A DNA stretch of 64,000 bases, taken from Octopus sinensis. Its lineage: Eukaryota. The notes below the pieces were generated by a model. The model saw nothing but the letters and a program-made list of their open reading frames with translations. It was not told the DNA's origin and did no database searches. Shown piece after piece: positions 49,745 through 63,043 of the stretch. A program made the position numbers and the translations under genes. Each line of letters opens with the position of its first letter. Positions within the stretch are counted from its first letter, which is position 1. The stretch covers positions 43,214,001-43,278,000 of the forward strand of contig NC_043007.1 in NCBI RefSeq assembly GCF_006345805.1. Direction: 5' to 3'.

Positions 49745-50040
49745 GGAGGTGCAATGGCCCAGTGGTTAGGGCAGCGGACTCGCGGTCGTAGGATCGCGGT
49801 TTCGATTCCCAGACCGGGCGTTGTGAGTGTTTATTGAGCGAAAACACCTAAAAGCTCTACAAGTCTCCGGCAGGGGGTGGTGATCCCTGGTGTACTCTTT
49901 CACCACCCTTTCTCACACTCTTTCTTCTGTTGGCCTGCTCGCTTAGCCAGCGGGGTGGCGTCATTCAAAGGCTAAAACAATGCGAACGCATTGTGACCAG
50001 CGATGTGTAACCACATCTGATGGACTGGTCGGTCACGTGA
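49745..50040 (+). mobile_element. CpG-rich tRNA-derived SINE (third family) ending in TCACGTGA
   Basis: A-box TGGCCCAGTGG, B-box GGTTTCGATTCC, and 3' hairpins ACAATGCG-AA-CGCATTGT and GATGTG-TAAC-CACATC. Confidence 0.8.
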
Positions 50041-50162
50041 TATATACATATATACATACACATACACACACACACATATATATACACATAAACATATATT
50101 ATATATATATTATATATATATATCTATATATATATAATATATATATATAATACATACATTTA

Positions 50163-50210
<48 letters not shown>

Positions 50211-50216
50211 TAAATG

Positions 50217-50254
<38 letters not shown>

Positions 50255-50322
50255 TATGTTTATATATAAATATATGTTTATGTGTATATATATATGTGTG
50301 TGTGTGTATGTGTATGTATATA

Positions 50323-50512
50323 TGACGTGACCGACCAGTCCATCAGATGTGGTTACACATCGCTGGTCACAATGCGTTCGCATTGTTTTAGCCTTCGAAT
50401 GACGCCACCCCGCTGGCTAAGCGAGCAGGCCAACAGAAGAAAGAGTGTGAGAAAGGGCGGTGAAAGAGTACACCAGGGATCACCACCCCCTGCCGGAGAC
50501 TTGTAGAGCTTT
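50323..50512 (-). repeat. Inverted duplicate of the 3' 190 bp of the 49745-50040 SINE
   Basis: Reverse complement of 49851-50040 with 2 CpG transitions, 1 indel and 1 terminal change. Confidence 0.93.
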
Positions 50513-50643
50513 GTATGTATATATATACATATATACATACACATACACACACACACATAATATATATATACATATATACATACACATACACACACACACA
50601 CACATATATAATACACATAAACATATATTTATATATAAACATA

Positions 50644-50681
<38 letters not shown>

Positions 50682-50693
50682 CATTTATATATG

Positions 50694-50746
<53 letters not shown>

Positions 50747-50899
50747 TAAATGTATGTATATATAATATAATATATATATTATAATATATATATATATATA
50801 AATATATGTTTATGTGTATATATATATGTGTGTGTGTGTATGTGTATGTATATATGTATATATCAATGTATATATCACGTGATCACGTGACCGACCAGT

Positions 50900-50941
<42 letters not shown>

Positions 50942-51094
50942 CAGCAATGACATGAACAATAGCAGCAAAAGGCTTTGGTCAGCCCAAGGCTATAGTAGAA
51001 GACACTTACCCATGGTGCCACACAGTGGAAGTGAACTGAGAACCATGTAGTTGGGAAGCAAGCTTCTTACCACACAGTCACACCTGTGCCTCTA

Positions 51095-51143
<49 letters not shown>

Positions 51144-51787
51144 GCACATATACACATGTGTAAATATGTTATACTTAAGGAAACTCTAGTAAGGCAAATA
51201 ATCTTAGATCCAATTCAAATAAAAACTGAACAACTGTGGCTCAATGAACCAACAGGAAAGCCTCTGTGTAGTAGCCAAGAAAATACCAAGAAAAAGTCTC
51301 TGAAATCATCTCATATAAGAAGAGGACACGTTAAAATATAGTCCTACATACTCCACATGGGTTGTTGGTGAATGCATTAGGATAGATGAATGAAGGGATG
51401 GATGGATGGATAAATAAATGGATGGATGAATAGATGGATGGATAGATATATGGAGTATACATATATGAAGTAGATAATGTCTATAATAGAATATATAGAA
51501 AATTTTTGTCATGGTGAAAAATTTCAGTTAATGTCATCATCATCATCATCATCAGAGGAAATATGGAAAGTGAATGAATAGCTTTTGGCGATTTCAGATT
51601 TTGACTTCAGAAACTCGATTAAAACAACTGAAGCAGCAATGACATGAACAATAGCAGCAATAATTACAGCAACAAAAACAACAGCAAGACTCTTAACACC
51701 AACAACAGTAACAGCATGAAGAAGAACATGAGAAAACACGACAGCCAGAGGCAGAACAATAACTATTTCAAACTACAACCACCACAC

Positions 51788-51822
<35 letters not shown>

Positions 51823-52389
51823 CAGCAGCAGCAGTCATAGTAATGGTGTTGGTGGTGGTTGTGGTGGTGGTGATGGCAGCGGCATCAATATCTACAGTTA
51901 GATTAACAACACATCCAACACAGAGAGAAGAAAAGCAAGACAAAGAAACATGAAGGTGCACCAAATAATGATAATAAACACAACAATGGTAAAAATAAAA
52001 CCAACACCAGCTTTTACAAACGCCACCACTTCTAGCAACAACAAACAAACCAAAAAAGACAACCACGTCGATGACTATTACACAAATTACATCACTATAA
52101 TTGGAAACAAGATTGTTGGTAAATTGATTTCTGCCAGTAGCAAAGTGTTCTGTCTCTCACTTATAATTCTCTTTATATATGTATGCATCTACACATACAC
52201 ACATAGACATGCACACATATGCATACACACATACATACATATGCTTCTTGGATGCAAAAATGGGAGCAAGCGTATGAATGTATGAATGTGGGTGAGTTTA
52301 TTCATACATATATATAGGGAGAGGGAGATAGCGATATTACACACACATATACATACATACATATATACTACACAGGCACATACACACAA

Positions 52390-52435
<46 letters not shown>

Positions 52436-53426
52436 CAAGCCTATATAATACTTATTTTATATATGTATATCTGTATATGCTTATGCACGCACACACACAC
52501 ACGTGCATACACAATGATATACATGTATCAAATCAGGCCTATATAATATTGTGATAAAATGAGAGGAACACAAATAATTGCAATTAAATATTTCTTTGCG
52601 TGTTGCATGTCCTTTCTGTGCACGATTGAATAAAATGCTTTTACTATACAATATACCAGCTTCTTTTCTTCGATGTTGCAAGTAAAGTAGTGAGCAAAGT
52701 AAGTTTGTAGTTGTGACTGTTGTATGAAAGAAGCAAGTTGTGCCATTTTAATTATAGAACTATCATGCTCCAAGTTGTAAAATGTACACCAAATATATTA
52801 ATTCATGGGTCTGTGTCATAGCACTAGCATTACTTTTAACCCTGAGGGTGCTGAGCCGATAGAATTTGAGTTGGAAAAACGCCTTGAGACATTTTTTCTG
52901 CTTCTTTATATTCAGAATTCAAATTCTGCTGAGATCAATTTTGCCTTTCATCCTTTCAGGGTTGATAAAATAAAGCAGCTGGGGCTCAATGGGATTGACA
53001 AAATTGCTGGCCTTGTGCCTAAATCAGAAACTGTTTATTTGGAGCCCTGAATAAGATACTGATTGGGTTTCTCATTTCACTTGCCCCAACTCAGCCCTGA
53101 AACAAACCTATGATGAACAATATTGTAGCTATACTCATCCCATTTTTATCTTTTCCAGAAAATAGCTTATCTCAAATTATACAATCCCAATTTATCCTTC
53201 CCTTTTTCACTAAGACAGTTGAGTGTAATTTAAAAGATTTAGCAGCTATTTCTAGCAGAGTGAGCTACCATGTAGAGGCTCCCCTACTAACTTAACACGC
53301 ATGGCAATAGAGCAGATATGCAGTCATTGATGAAGGGGTGACTGCTGCTTAGAGATGATGGTGATAGTAGGATACTACTTGTTTACAAAATGAAACAAAA
53401 AAAATCATTATCTTCATCAAATAAAT

Positions 53427-54814
53427 GTGGTTCTTAAAGGGGTCCATATAAGATTTTATTGTTAAAATTCATGTGCAGTAAACTGGGTATATTTCGACAA
53501 TACGCAAAATATTTAAACCCTTTTTTCATACAATAAGCACAGGCATGGCTGTGGTAAGAAGCTTGCTTCTCAACCATACGGTTCTGGGTTCAGTCCCATT
53601 GCATGGCACCTTGGGCAATTGTCTTCTACTATAGCCTCAGGTCAACCAAAGCCTTACGAGTGGATTTGGTAGACAGAAACTGAAAGAAGCCCACTGTGTC
53701 ATCATCATCATCATCGTCATTTAACGTCCGCTTTCCATGCTGGCATGGGTTGGACGGTTTGACTGAGGACTGGCAAGCCAGAAGGCTGCACCAGGCTCCA
53801 ATCTGATCTGGCAAAGTTTCTACAACTGGATGCCCTTCCTAACGCCAACCATTCCAAGAACATAGTGGATGCTTTTACATGCCACGGGCACGAGGGCCGG
53901 TCAGGCGGTTGGTACTGGCAATGGCCACGCTCAAATGGTATTTTTTCCATGCCACCTGCACAGGAGCCAATCCGGTTGCATTGGCAACAACCACACTCGA
54001 ATGTCGTTTTTCACATGCCACCGGCACAGGTGCCAATAAGGTAACGCTGGCAACGATCAGACTTGAATGATGCTTTTTACGTGCCACCAGTACAGGAGCT
54101 AGTCAGCGGCCCTGGCAACGATCACACTCGGATGGTGCTTTTAACATTCCACTGGCACAGGTGCCAATCAGGCGATACTGTCATTGGCCACGTCAGCAAT
54201 TTTGATTTCACTTGCTTCAACAGGTCTTTGCAAGCAAAGTTTATTGTCCAATGAAAGAGGGATACTCATAAGTGGGCTGGTTATACACCACTGTCATAGG
54301 CCACAGGTTATGGTCTTACTTGGCTTGCCGGGTCTTCTCAAGCACAGCATATCTCCAAACGTCTCAGTCACTAATCATTGCCTTGCTTCACCACCTCATA
54401 TATATATATATATACATACACACATACATATATATGTGTGTGTGTGTGTATATTTTTGTATGTGTGTCTTTCTGTCTCTGTCCCCTACATCATCACTTGA
54501 CAACCAGTGTTGGTGTGTTGATGCCCCCGAAACTTAGCAATTCAGCAAAGGGACCAATAGAATAAGTACCAGGCTTACAGAGAATAAGTCCTGGGGTCGA
54601 TTTCTTTGACTAAAACCCTTTAAGGCAGTGCTCCAGCATGGCCACAGTGAAATGACTGAAACGTGTAAAAGAATAAAAGAATAAAATTCCTAATAATATT
54701 TAATCCTTAGAATATAATATGACTTTTTAGACATTAAATAGCTGAGGGATCCCTCCTCTAAGTAAAATAGAAAACAAAAGGGTCCATAGACAAAAAGCTG
54801 GTTGAGAACCACTG
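53427..54814 (+). mobile_element. hAT (Charlie-type TIR) MITE hosting a SINE A (53541-54686), which hosts an RTE 3' fragment (53699-54397, minus)
   Basis: Left end GTGGTTCTTAA (terminal CA lost), right end TTGAGAACCACTG. TSD AAATAAAT / AAATATAT (7/8). SINE head and tail halves flank the RTE piece. Confidence 0.72.
53866..54195 (-). repeat. Five diverged 65-70 bp RTE 3'UTR units
   Basis: TGCCAC-type anchors at 53880, 53950, 54016, 54082 and 54147. Confidence 0.85.
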
Positions 54815-55469
54815 AAATATATCATGGTAAAATCTAACTTTGTGAGGAGCTATCTGAAATACGTACACCTCAACATAATACTAATAATGATCCTTTTTAC
54901 TAAAGGCTCAAAGCCTGAAATTTGGAGGGAGGGGACTAGTCGGTTGCATCAACCCCAGTGTTTCACTGGTACTTAATTTATCAACCCTGAAAGAATGAAA
55001 GACAAAGTCGACCTCAGCAGAATTCAAACTTAGAACATAAAGACAGACAAAACACTGCTAAGCATTTTGCCCAGCATGCTAATGATTCTGCCAGCTCACT
55101 GCATTAATGATGGTGATGATGATGATGATGATAATTTTGGCACAAGGCCAGCAAGTTTGGGAGAAGGGGATAAGTTGGTTACATCAACCCCAGTGTTCAA
55201 CTGGTACTTATTTTATCAATCCCAAAAGGATGAAAGGCTAAGTCGACCTCAGTGGAATTTGAATTCAGGATGAATGAAATGCCAATAAGCATTTTGTCCA
55301 ATGAGTGCACTAATGAATTTTTCTGCTTCAACACATTATTAATAATAATAATTTCTTTATTAGTCATAAGAACCACAAAAAAGTAATTTATGGACAATAC
55401 AAAGATGAATAACAGCAAGAATTTACATATACATATGGACAAGAAAACTGTTAACAAAGATTTCCCCAA

Positions 55470-55980
55470 TAGTGAAGAGTACTACCCAGGAATATGCAAG
55501 GAACCCTACTAATCTTGAATCACTCCAACTGCCAAGGGCACCACAGGGAGGTGCCCCTCTCCTATCGGTTCTCTCCCTCTTACAGGCAGAATCTTAGAGT
55601 AAGCCCACTCACTCTGGCCATCCTTGCCACATTCACCCACCTTTCAACAAATTTACTGCAAGTGGGAGCAGCACCTCCTTCTTTGCCCTCACCTTTCTTT
55701 TTAAATGAGTTGAAAAGAAAAGTGCTTGTCTTCAGTTCTTTCAGTCTCATCCCCCACACAAATTCTTTTGCCATAGCCACCAAAGGAAAACTGCCTGCCC
55801 TTCCTGGCCCCAAAAGTAGTAGGGGGAACTGCTGGGTAGTTTTCATGATGGACTCAGCCAGTAGCCAGAGCTGTCCTTCATGTGACAGCAGCCTTCCAAC
55901 ACAACTCCACAAGTAAGCAATGCTCAGGCATTGTATGAATGCATGCAGGACAATTTCATTGTCTAATTTAGGCACAAGAG
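55470..55980 (-). mobile_element. 3' fragment of a Tx1/L1-like LINE ORF2
   Basis: ORF 55580-55975: (C)..NEIVLHAFIQC..LW..V..LL, LVAMAKEFVW..R and ERWVNVARMAR resemble the post-RT zinc-knuckle/C-terminal region of L1/Tx1 elements. Confidence 0.5.
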
Positions 55981-56367
55981 GAGGAGTTAGTCAAAACCAG
56001 TAATCCTAATACATGACAGGTACTTTATTATATCAACCCCAACAAAATTTAACCCATTAACCCATTAACATTTGAACTGGCTGTATCTGACCAAAACATT
56101 CTACCTGTTTTATGTTCTGAACAGCCAGATCAGGCCTCTCATACTAGTGATCAACTGGTACTTATTTTATTAATCCTGAGAGGATGAAAGATAAAGTCAA
56201 CTTCAGCAGAATTTGAACTCAGAACCCAAAGACAGATGAAATGCCACTAAGCATTTTGCTCAGCATGCTAACAACTCTACCAGGTTTGCGATGTTTTCAA
56301 TAATAATAAGTAATGGTGGCAGTGGTGCTGGTGGTGGTAGAGGTGGTGGTAGTGGTGGTGGTGGTGA

Positions 56368-56418
<51 letters not shown>

Positions 56419-57164
56419 CAGCATCAGCAGCAGTTAAACTGAATGGTTATAGATACATTTTTATGGGTTATATGAAGATTCAACTGAACACAAACCATGT
56501 GTCTCATTCATATCACAGTGATGACACAAATTCCATCAGTACATCTTGACCCAATCAATATAACGAAATGTCTGATGTAGGAGAAATGTTATAGAATACT
56601 TCTTGGAAAATTACATTAGAAGTGATGGCAGTAGTAGAGATTGTGATAATGGTGGTGGTGGTGACGATAGTGTTGGTGGTAGCTGTGAGCTGGTTGGCAG
56701 CTGGTAATAATGGTTATAGTAGATAGTGGAATACATATGTGCTCCTCCATGCATGAACGAGTGAGTGTATGCTTGTATGCATATGTATGATTGTGTGCAG
56801 CATGTGGATGCGTATCGGTGTGCTCAAAGAATTGGAAACAATAAAAAGGAATAGTCAAAGAAGAACCGACTGACTTGATAATATAAGAATAATAAATACT
56901 AAAAATATAATTGATGCTGTAGAACCTAGCATAAAATAGCAGTATAAACAGAGAGGGAGGAAAGAGTGGAAGGAGTGATAAAAAGACAAAAGAGAAGAGG
57001 GAAGGAGAGAGAGAATGAAAGGATGAAATGGGAAGAATATGGTTTAATATAAATGTAGACATTATAATAAAGCTGCTGCAGTTATGTGTGTCATTAAATA
57101 TACAAGTGGTTCATTACAAGTATCTAATGCACAAACATCCCCATCATACATAATATTTTTTATA

Positions 57165-57382
57165 TTTTATTCTGTTTCGGTCATTTGACTGCAGCCATGC
57201 TGGGGCACTGCCTTCAAGGGTTTTAGTCAAATAAATTGACTCCTGAACCTTTTTTTTTAAAGCTTATTCTATTGGTCTCTTTTGCCAAACCACAAAGTTA
57301 CAGGGATGTATACACATCAACACCAGTTGTTAAGTGGTAGTGGGGCACGTGCACAAAGTTACACACACACACACACACACAC

Positions 57383-57452
<70 letters not shown>

Positions 57453-57592
57453 ATATATATATATGAACAACTTCTTTCAGTTTCCATCTCCCAAATCCAC
57501 TCACAGGGCTTTGGTTAGATCAAAGCTATGGTAGAAGACACTTGTTGAACCTGGAACTACATGGTTGGGAAGAAAACTTCTTACCACACAGC

Positions 57593-57634
<42 letters not shown>

Positions 57635-58012
57635 TGTGTAATATATATATCATTTTTTTTTTTTATTATTTCCTTGTTTTATTCATCAGACTGGGGTATT
57701 GCAAGGAAAATTTTTTTGTCAAACTGACCCCAGTTTATTTTTTAGTTTGATATTTATTTTATTGATCGCTTTTGCCAAACTGCTAAGTTAGAGTGACACA
57801 AACACATTGACACTATTTGTGAAGCGGTACTGGACCAAGACACAAACATAGATACATATGACAGGCTTCTTTCAGTTTCCAGCTACCAAATCCACTCACA
57901 GGGCTTTGGTCAGCCTGAGACTATGGTAGACTTGAGGCTTGCCCAAGGTGCCACTCAGTGGAACTGAACCCAGAACCATGTCGTTGAGAAACTAGCTTCT
58001 TACCACACAGCC
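57165..58012 (-). mobile_element. Two consecutive SINE family A copies (57165-57596, 57720-58012)
   Basis: Both carry the CTTTCAGTTTCC..C.CCAAATCCACTCACAGGGCTTTGGT body and the tRNA head. Confidence 0.8.
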
Positions 58013-60339
58013 TATACATATATGAGTTGTTGATAAGATTATAATTTTCTGGATTTAATATTATTAAAGAGAATAACATTAATATTTACACCTATTAAAG
58101 ATTATAATGATTTTATCCATAATGCCAAGTGGAAAAGAAAATTCTTATTACTCTTAGTTTAACATAATGTTTCCTGGTTTGAATCTACCTTCACAAAACT
58201 TTCAACAATTGTTTTATTAGGAATGCTGCTAATTTGATGATGATTGAGTATCAAAATCAAATGTAATAAAGATGTGAAATTTTCTTCTTTTTTTTTGTAC
58301 TATCTCAAAAACTGAGCTTAGGAAAATTATAAATTATAATTTTAAGTAGTTAGAAAGTATACCTAATTCAATCTGTGCAGTATATTTTGCTTTGTTTTTT
58401 AACTAAATTCATGTACAGCCATTACAAGTGGAGTACACTGCTTTTCTTATATACTAAGTGAAAAAGAAAGAAAATGGTTGGTTAGATTTTCCTCAAAAAA
58501 AATTTATTTTTGGAATTACTGTGTTAAATAGAGTAAGTGTTTGAATCCCACCAATGCCAAATTTGCCTTTGATCCTTCAGGGATCAATAAAATAAAATAC
58601 CTGCCAAATACTGAGATCAATATGACTGACTGCACCCTTCCCACAAAATTTGTGGCTTTGTACCCACATTAGAGAAATCAATATACTTGCAAGTAAATGA
58701 ATAAACATAGGAACGAATATAACTCATGAAAGATAAATCTGCATGAGTCATATGGCGTAAGTAGTAGGTAGTGCATTGTGCTCTTGAGCAAAACACTTCA
58801 TCTCATGCTGCACTGCAATCACTGCAACATCTGATGCCTGGCATACAATGCACCTGTTCAGGCAATGTTGATTTGATTGAGAGAGAGTGAGGTTATGTGC
58901 AGTACAAACATTTGATCACTATAAACAAATCGTCTGTGCAGGTTGTTCAGCAAGAAATTGCAGACCCATCTTCCTCAGCCTTAAGAGATTACCATTAATA
59001 ATCTTTTCTACTAAAGGCGCAAGGCCTGAAATTTTGGGGAAGGGGACTAGTCGATTACATCAACCCCAGTGTTTCACTGGTATCTAATTTATTGAACCTG
59101 AAAGGATAAAAGGCAAAGATGGACTCAACAGAAATTGAACTCAGAACATAAAGACACAAAAATACCAATAAGCATTTTGCCAGGTGTGCTAATGATTCTG
59201 TCAGCTCCACCACCTTCAAGATTATCATTAATGATAGCAAAAAAGTGTAAATAGATATTGTTTTTGCAGATGAACCCATGATCAAAAGCATTCTAACCAT
59301 GACAAGAACATCTTGTTCTTTTATCACAGTATATAACATTTTAATGTAGCATACTTTCAGATTTTCAAAATGAACAAGCACTTTAATTATTTCTTTTTTT
59401 AATTATGAATCATGAATAAAGGACAAAAATTTTGATTTTCAATTCTATATTCATGCATTTAGAAGGTCTTTACTCACTCCATCAGCTTTTACATCTGACT
59501 GCTACATCATCTATCTACTTGTTTCTTAACTGAATTAAACTGCCCTAATACTTCTTTTACCATTCTTGGGATCTGATCTATGTGTGATTCAAACTAAAGA
59601 TTGATAGATTATGAACCAATTTCACTCTTAGCACCAAAAGAAACATCCTATAATTAATTAGAGGGAAGAAAAAAGAAAAACAGAAAGAAATATCATTCAA
59701 GATTATTCAAAATTCAAAGGAAATTTAAAGAATATTCTTCGTTTTTTGAACTGAACAGTTAGTGTGAGCAATCTTTATGATGACACTTAAGGCAAGTGTC
59801 TAAGGAAATTCAACTGACACATGTTTAGTTTTTAAATCAACTTAAAACAAGCTACACATAAAGGCAGTTGGGGTATTTGAATAAAATTACTTGTTCTAAG
59901 ATGTGTATGTGTGTGTGTAAGATTTGAAAAGAAAAAAGTCACAAACAAGAAACAAAAATATCAATGACAAGACACAAAAATATTGAGGAAATGAGAAGGG
60001 CTGAAAAGAATCCTTAATTAAATCCTTGGAGATAACAAACAAAGAATAGTTTAATGAAATTTCCATTGAAAATTGATCTAAAACTGTCAAGAAGCACTAT
60101 TCTGTTTGCTGTTTTTTTTTCCCACTTTTTTTTCAGCAACATGTTTCGATATAAGTATCACTAACTGCTTGTAACAGCTGTTATGTAAAAAGGAAAAAAA
60201 ACAAGCATTGTTCCCTATTTCAACCTAAGAAAAACATCATATTGTAAAACTACACTAAAACTATTATAAGCCATGAGTACTAATCATACAATATGTTACA
60301 TATATGTTTTAGAATCAGTAGTGAAACTAATCACTGTAT

Positions 60340-61400
60340 GTAAAATATATTACAACAGTTCACTTATAAGTCTAAAGAGCAAAAACTATTTGGCAACCAT
60401 ATAAGGACTATCATTGGCTGCAGTAAAAAGTATTTTGAGGGATATATTCTACTCTCACATTATCAGAAAGCCCATTTATGATCAATGGGTGACTTAGTGC
60501 ATTACCTAAAATGAGCATGTTGGAAGTATTATGTGTAGTATTGTACCTTTCTACAGCAGGATATAAAATGTTTACAAACTACTTTTCGAAACAGCCTTCT
60601 TATTTAAATGCCAAATTAGAGGCAGTAAACATTGCATAACTCTTGAAAGTGATGCACAAATAAGGGCCTTAATTTCATATCACCAGTAGCATTTCCTCCT
60701 AAAAGAAGCATTTCAAGGCATGAAATCCTATTATTGATTTTTCTTCTCAAGAAATAAATGTACTTGCAAGTATGAGTTTCTAGAAAAGTGCAGTTTCATC
60801 AACATTGTAACTCCTTCGAGCAATAATTTTTTTTTTTCTTTTCAGCTGCTCAGGATAATTAGTAGCAGCCTTTGTACCAGCACTGGCAGCTCAACCAGTT
60901 AATTTTACGCTGTAAAAATTCAAGCACATCTTAAACCTTTCAAACCAGCTTTTACTAGCTAGAAAAGGTCTTTTGTTAAAAGTTTCACATTCCTTTCTCT
61001 GGAAACCTTTGAAGAAACTTTTGCCTTTTTTTTAATTACAATCATGTTTATTGGCACAATAAGTTGAGTCAGATCTTTGATCCATTCACCTCAGAGCTGT
61101 CCCATTTTAAGCATTATATTAAATCTATGGGAAAATAAGGTTCAAACAGTAAATGTAGTAACTTCTTGAGTACTTGACTTAATTTTCTCCCTACTATCAC
61201 ATAATGTTCCCAAAATGGACACTGCAAGTTTTAATACTTTCGCAATGTAACTGGGTTTTTTTTTTATTCTCCTGCATCAACCTTGTTAAAACATCAAGTT
61301 CGATATTCACAGTAAACTTTTTTATAGTTCCTTCCACTTGATGGCTTCTTTCTAGACACCTTGAATTGTAAGTAAATCCAACACCAGCAGCGATCAACAC
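60340..61400 (-). pseudogene. Tigger/pogo transposase pseudogene
   Basis: ASKSWFERFK..KLTG*AASA, NVDETALF, LLLGGNATGDMKLRP, LPLIWHLNKKA and LILGNALSHP..VEYIPQNT..QPM. The second and third catalytic Asp are mutated, and there are many stops. Confidence 0.85.
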
Positions 61401-63007
61401 TTATGCACAACATATTTGTAGTAAAATATAAAACACCTGAAAAGAACTGTTTTGTGAGTGCAAAAAGTTGTCTTATTTCAATGGAAACAAGATGAAAGAG
61501 CGAAGGATTAAGGTGGGAGGAAGTACTGTATGATTATAGTCAGTTGAAGGGTTACTAGATTCATGAGCACTTTGCTCCTTGCACCTATGATTTAAGCCAT
61601 AAAAGCCCTACACTCTACTCTCTCTCACAAACACATGCACACCCAGCTGTACTGACATACAACATATGAAGCTACAGACATTGCTACCATGCTGATACTA
61701 TTATTGGTGTTGGCAACTGGTTATTCAAAAGTTGCTGGGTGGTAGTAGAGGTGGTGTTCATTGTATTGGTTTTCATGTTGGTGATAGTGGGCATATTGTT
61801 GGAGGTAGCAGTGGTCATACTGTTTTCGTTAATTGTACTGATATTTAGTTTCAAGTCAATCTTTATTGAGCTAAGATCAAAGACATTTCATTCAACTTTA
61901 AAAACACTGGAGTACCACATTATTTCTGTTGTTGTCTTATATTTTAGATGGAGTTGTTTATCCTGTTCATAGCATTGTTACTGTTGTTGATCATTAAGGA
62001 TTTGGTGGGCTGGTAATGGTAGTGATTGTACTGGTTTTGATGATGAAAACAGTTGTATTGGTGTTGATGATAATGGGTGCTGGTGAAGGAAGACAGAGAG
62101 AGAGAGAGAGAGAAACAGAGAGTGAGAGGGAGATGGATGGACAGACAGGCAGGTAGGCAGGCAGACACTCATTAAAATCCAAGAAAATATATATAAACAA
62201 ATATTCAGTCAAAATTCCACCTCACACTTCATAGGTGTTTATAATAACACATATGTAAACATTTGCATACAGACATGTGTGTGTGTGTGTGTGTGTTATA
62301 TGTAATTGTATTTTTTCAATTTGTTAACTACTTTGATCTTATTTAAAAGGCCAAGAAGCAGCCTTTTGGCTAAATGGAAGTGTAGATTTTAAATTCTTAA
62401 AATTTACTCCACTTTCCAAAAGAGCAAAATTACAGACAATAACTCCAAATTAGTACTCATATTTTACAATTTCTAAAAGTATGAAATCCCATAATCTGAA
62501 GTAGCCATAACAAAGGAGGATGACTATTTTGTAGAGTGTACACTTAATCTCTATTTTCTTAAAACTGGATCATCACAACAGACCATGAGCTCAAATAGTA
62601 AGAAAAAAAAAATTATCAAGGCTAGCTACTAGTAAAGTCAGCAAATCAATTTGCATTCATAGCAGAAGTCGTAGCAATACATTGAAGACATGAATGTCAT
62701 AACTTGTTTCCTTCTCCTCAGGAATCAACAAATCTTGTGAATTAACATACCCAAGGTCTCTATTAAATATAAATTGTGTGTGTGTGTGCGCACGCACGTG
62801 CGTGCATACAAGAGTGAATGTGTCTATGAGAGTAGGTATATGTATGTATGGATGATAGACAAAGACAGACAGATAATCTCATACACAGATGGAATACATA
62901 GTAAAACATCAAAAATCTTCATTCTCTCCTTGATCATTTGTAATTTTGTTGAATCCCTCAACATGATATTAATTAGTTCTGTTGATTTCTGAGGATAAAT
63001 AGCTCAC

Positions 63008-63043
63008 CCGGAGAAAATCCAGTGTCACAGTTAACTGATCCAG
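63008..63043 (-). other. Candidate 36-nt host exon
   Basis: Minus strand: aatttatttcag|CTGGATCAGTTAACTGTGACACTGGATTTTCTCCGG|gtgagc. Frame-preserving and open in two phases (LDQLTVTLDFLR or GSVNCDTGFSP). No homologue recognised. Confidence 0.35.

Noticed and set aside
49745-49820. tRNA gene
   Set aside because: It has A/B boxes but no closable acceptor stem, and it continues into a SINE body. The same applies to the other SINE heads.
62751-62759. 9-nt microexon (tttaatag|AGACCTTGG|gtatgt, minus strand)
   Set aside because: The polypyrimidine tract is weak and such short matches are expected by chance; unsupported without RNA data.
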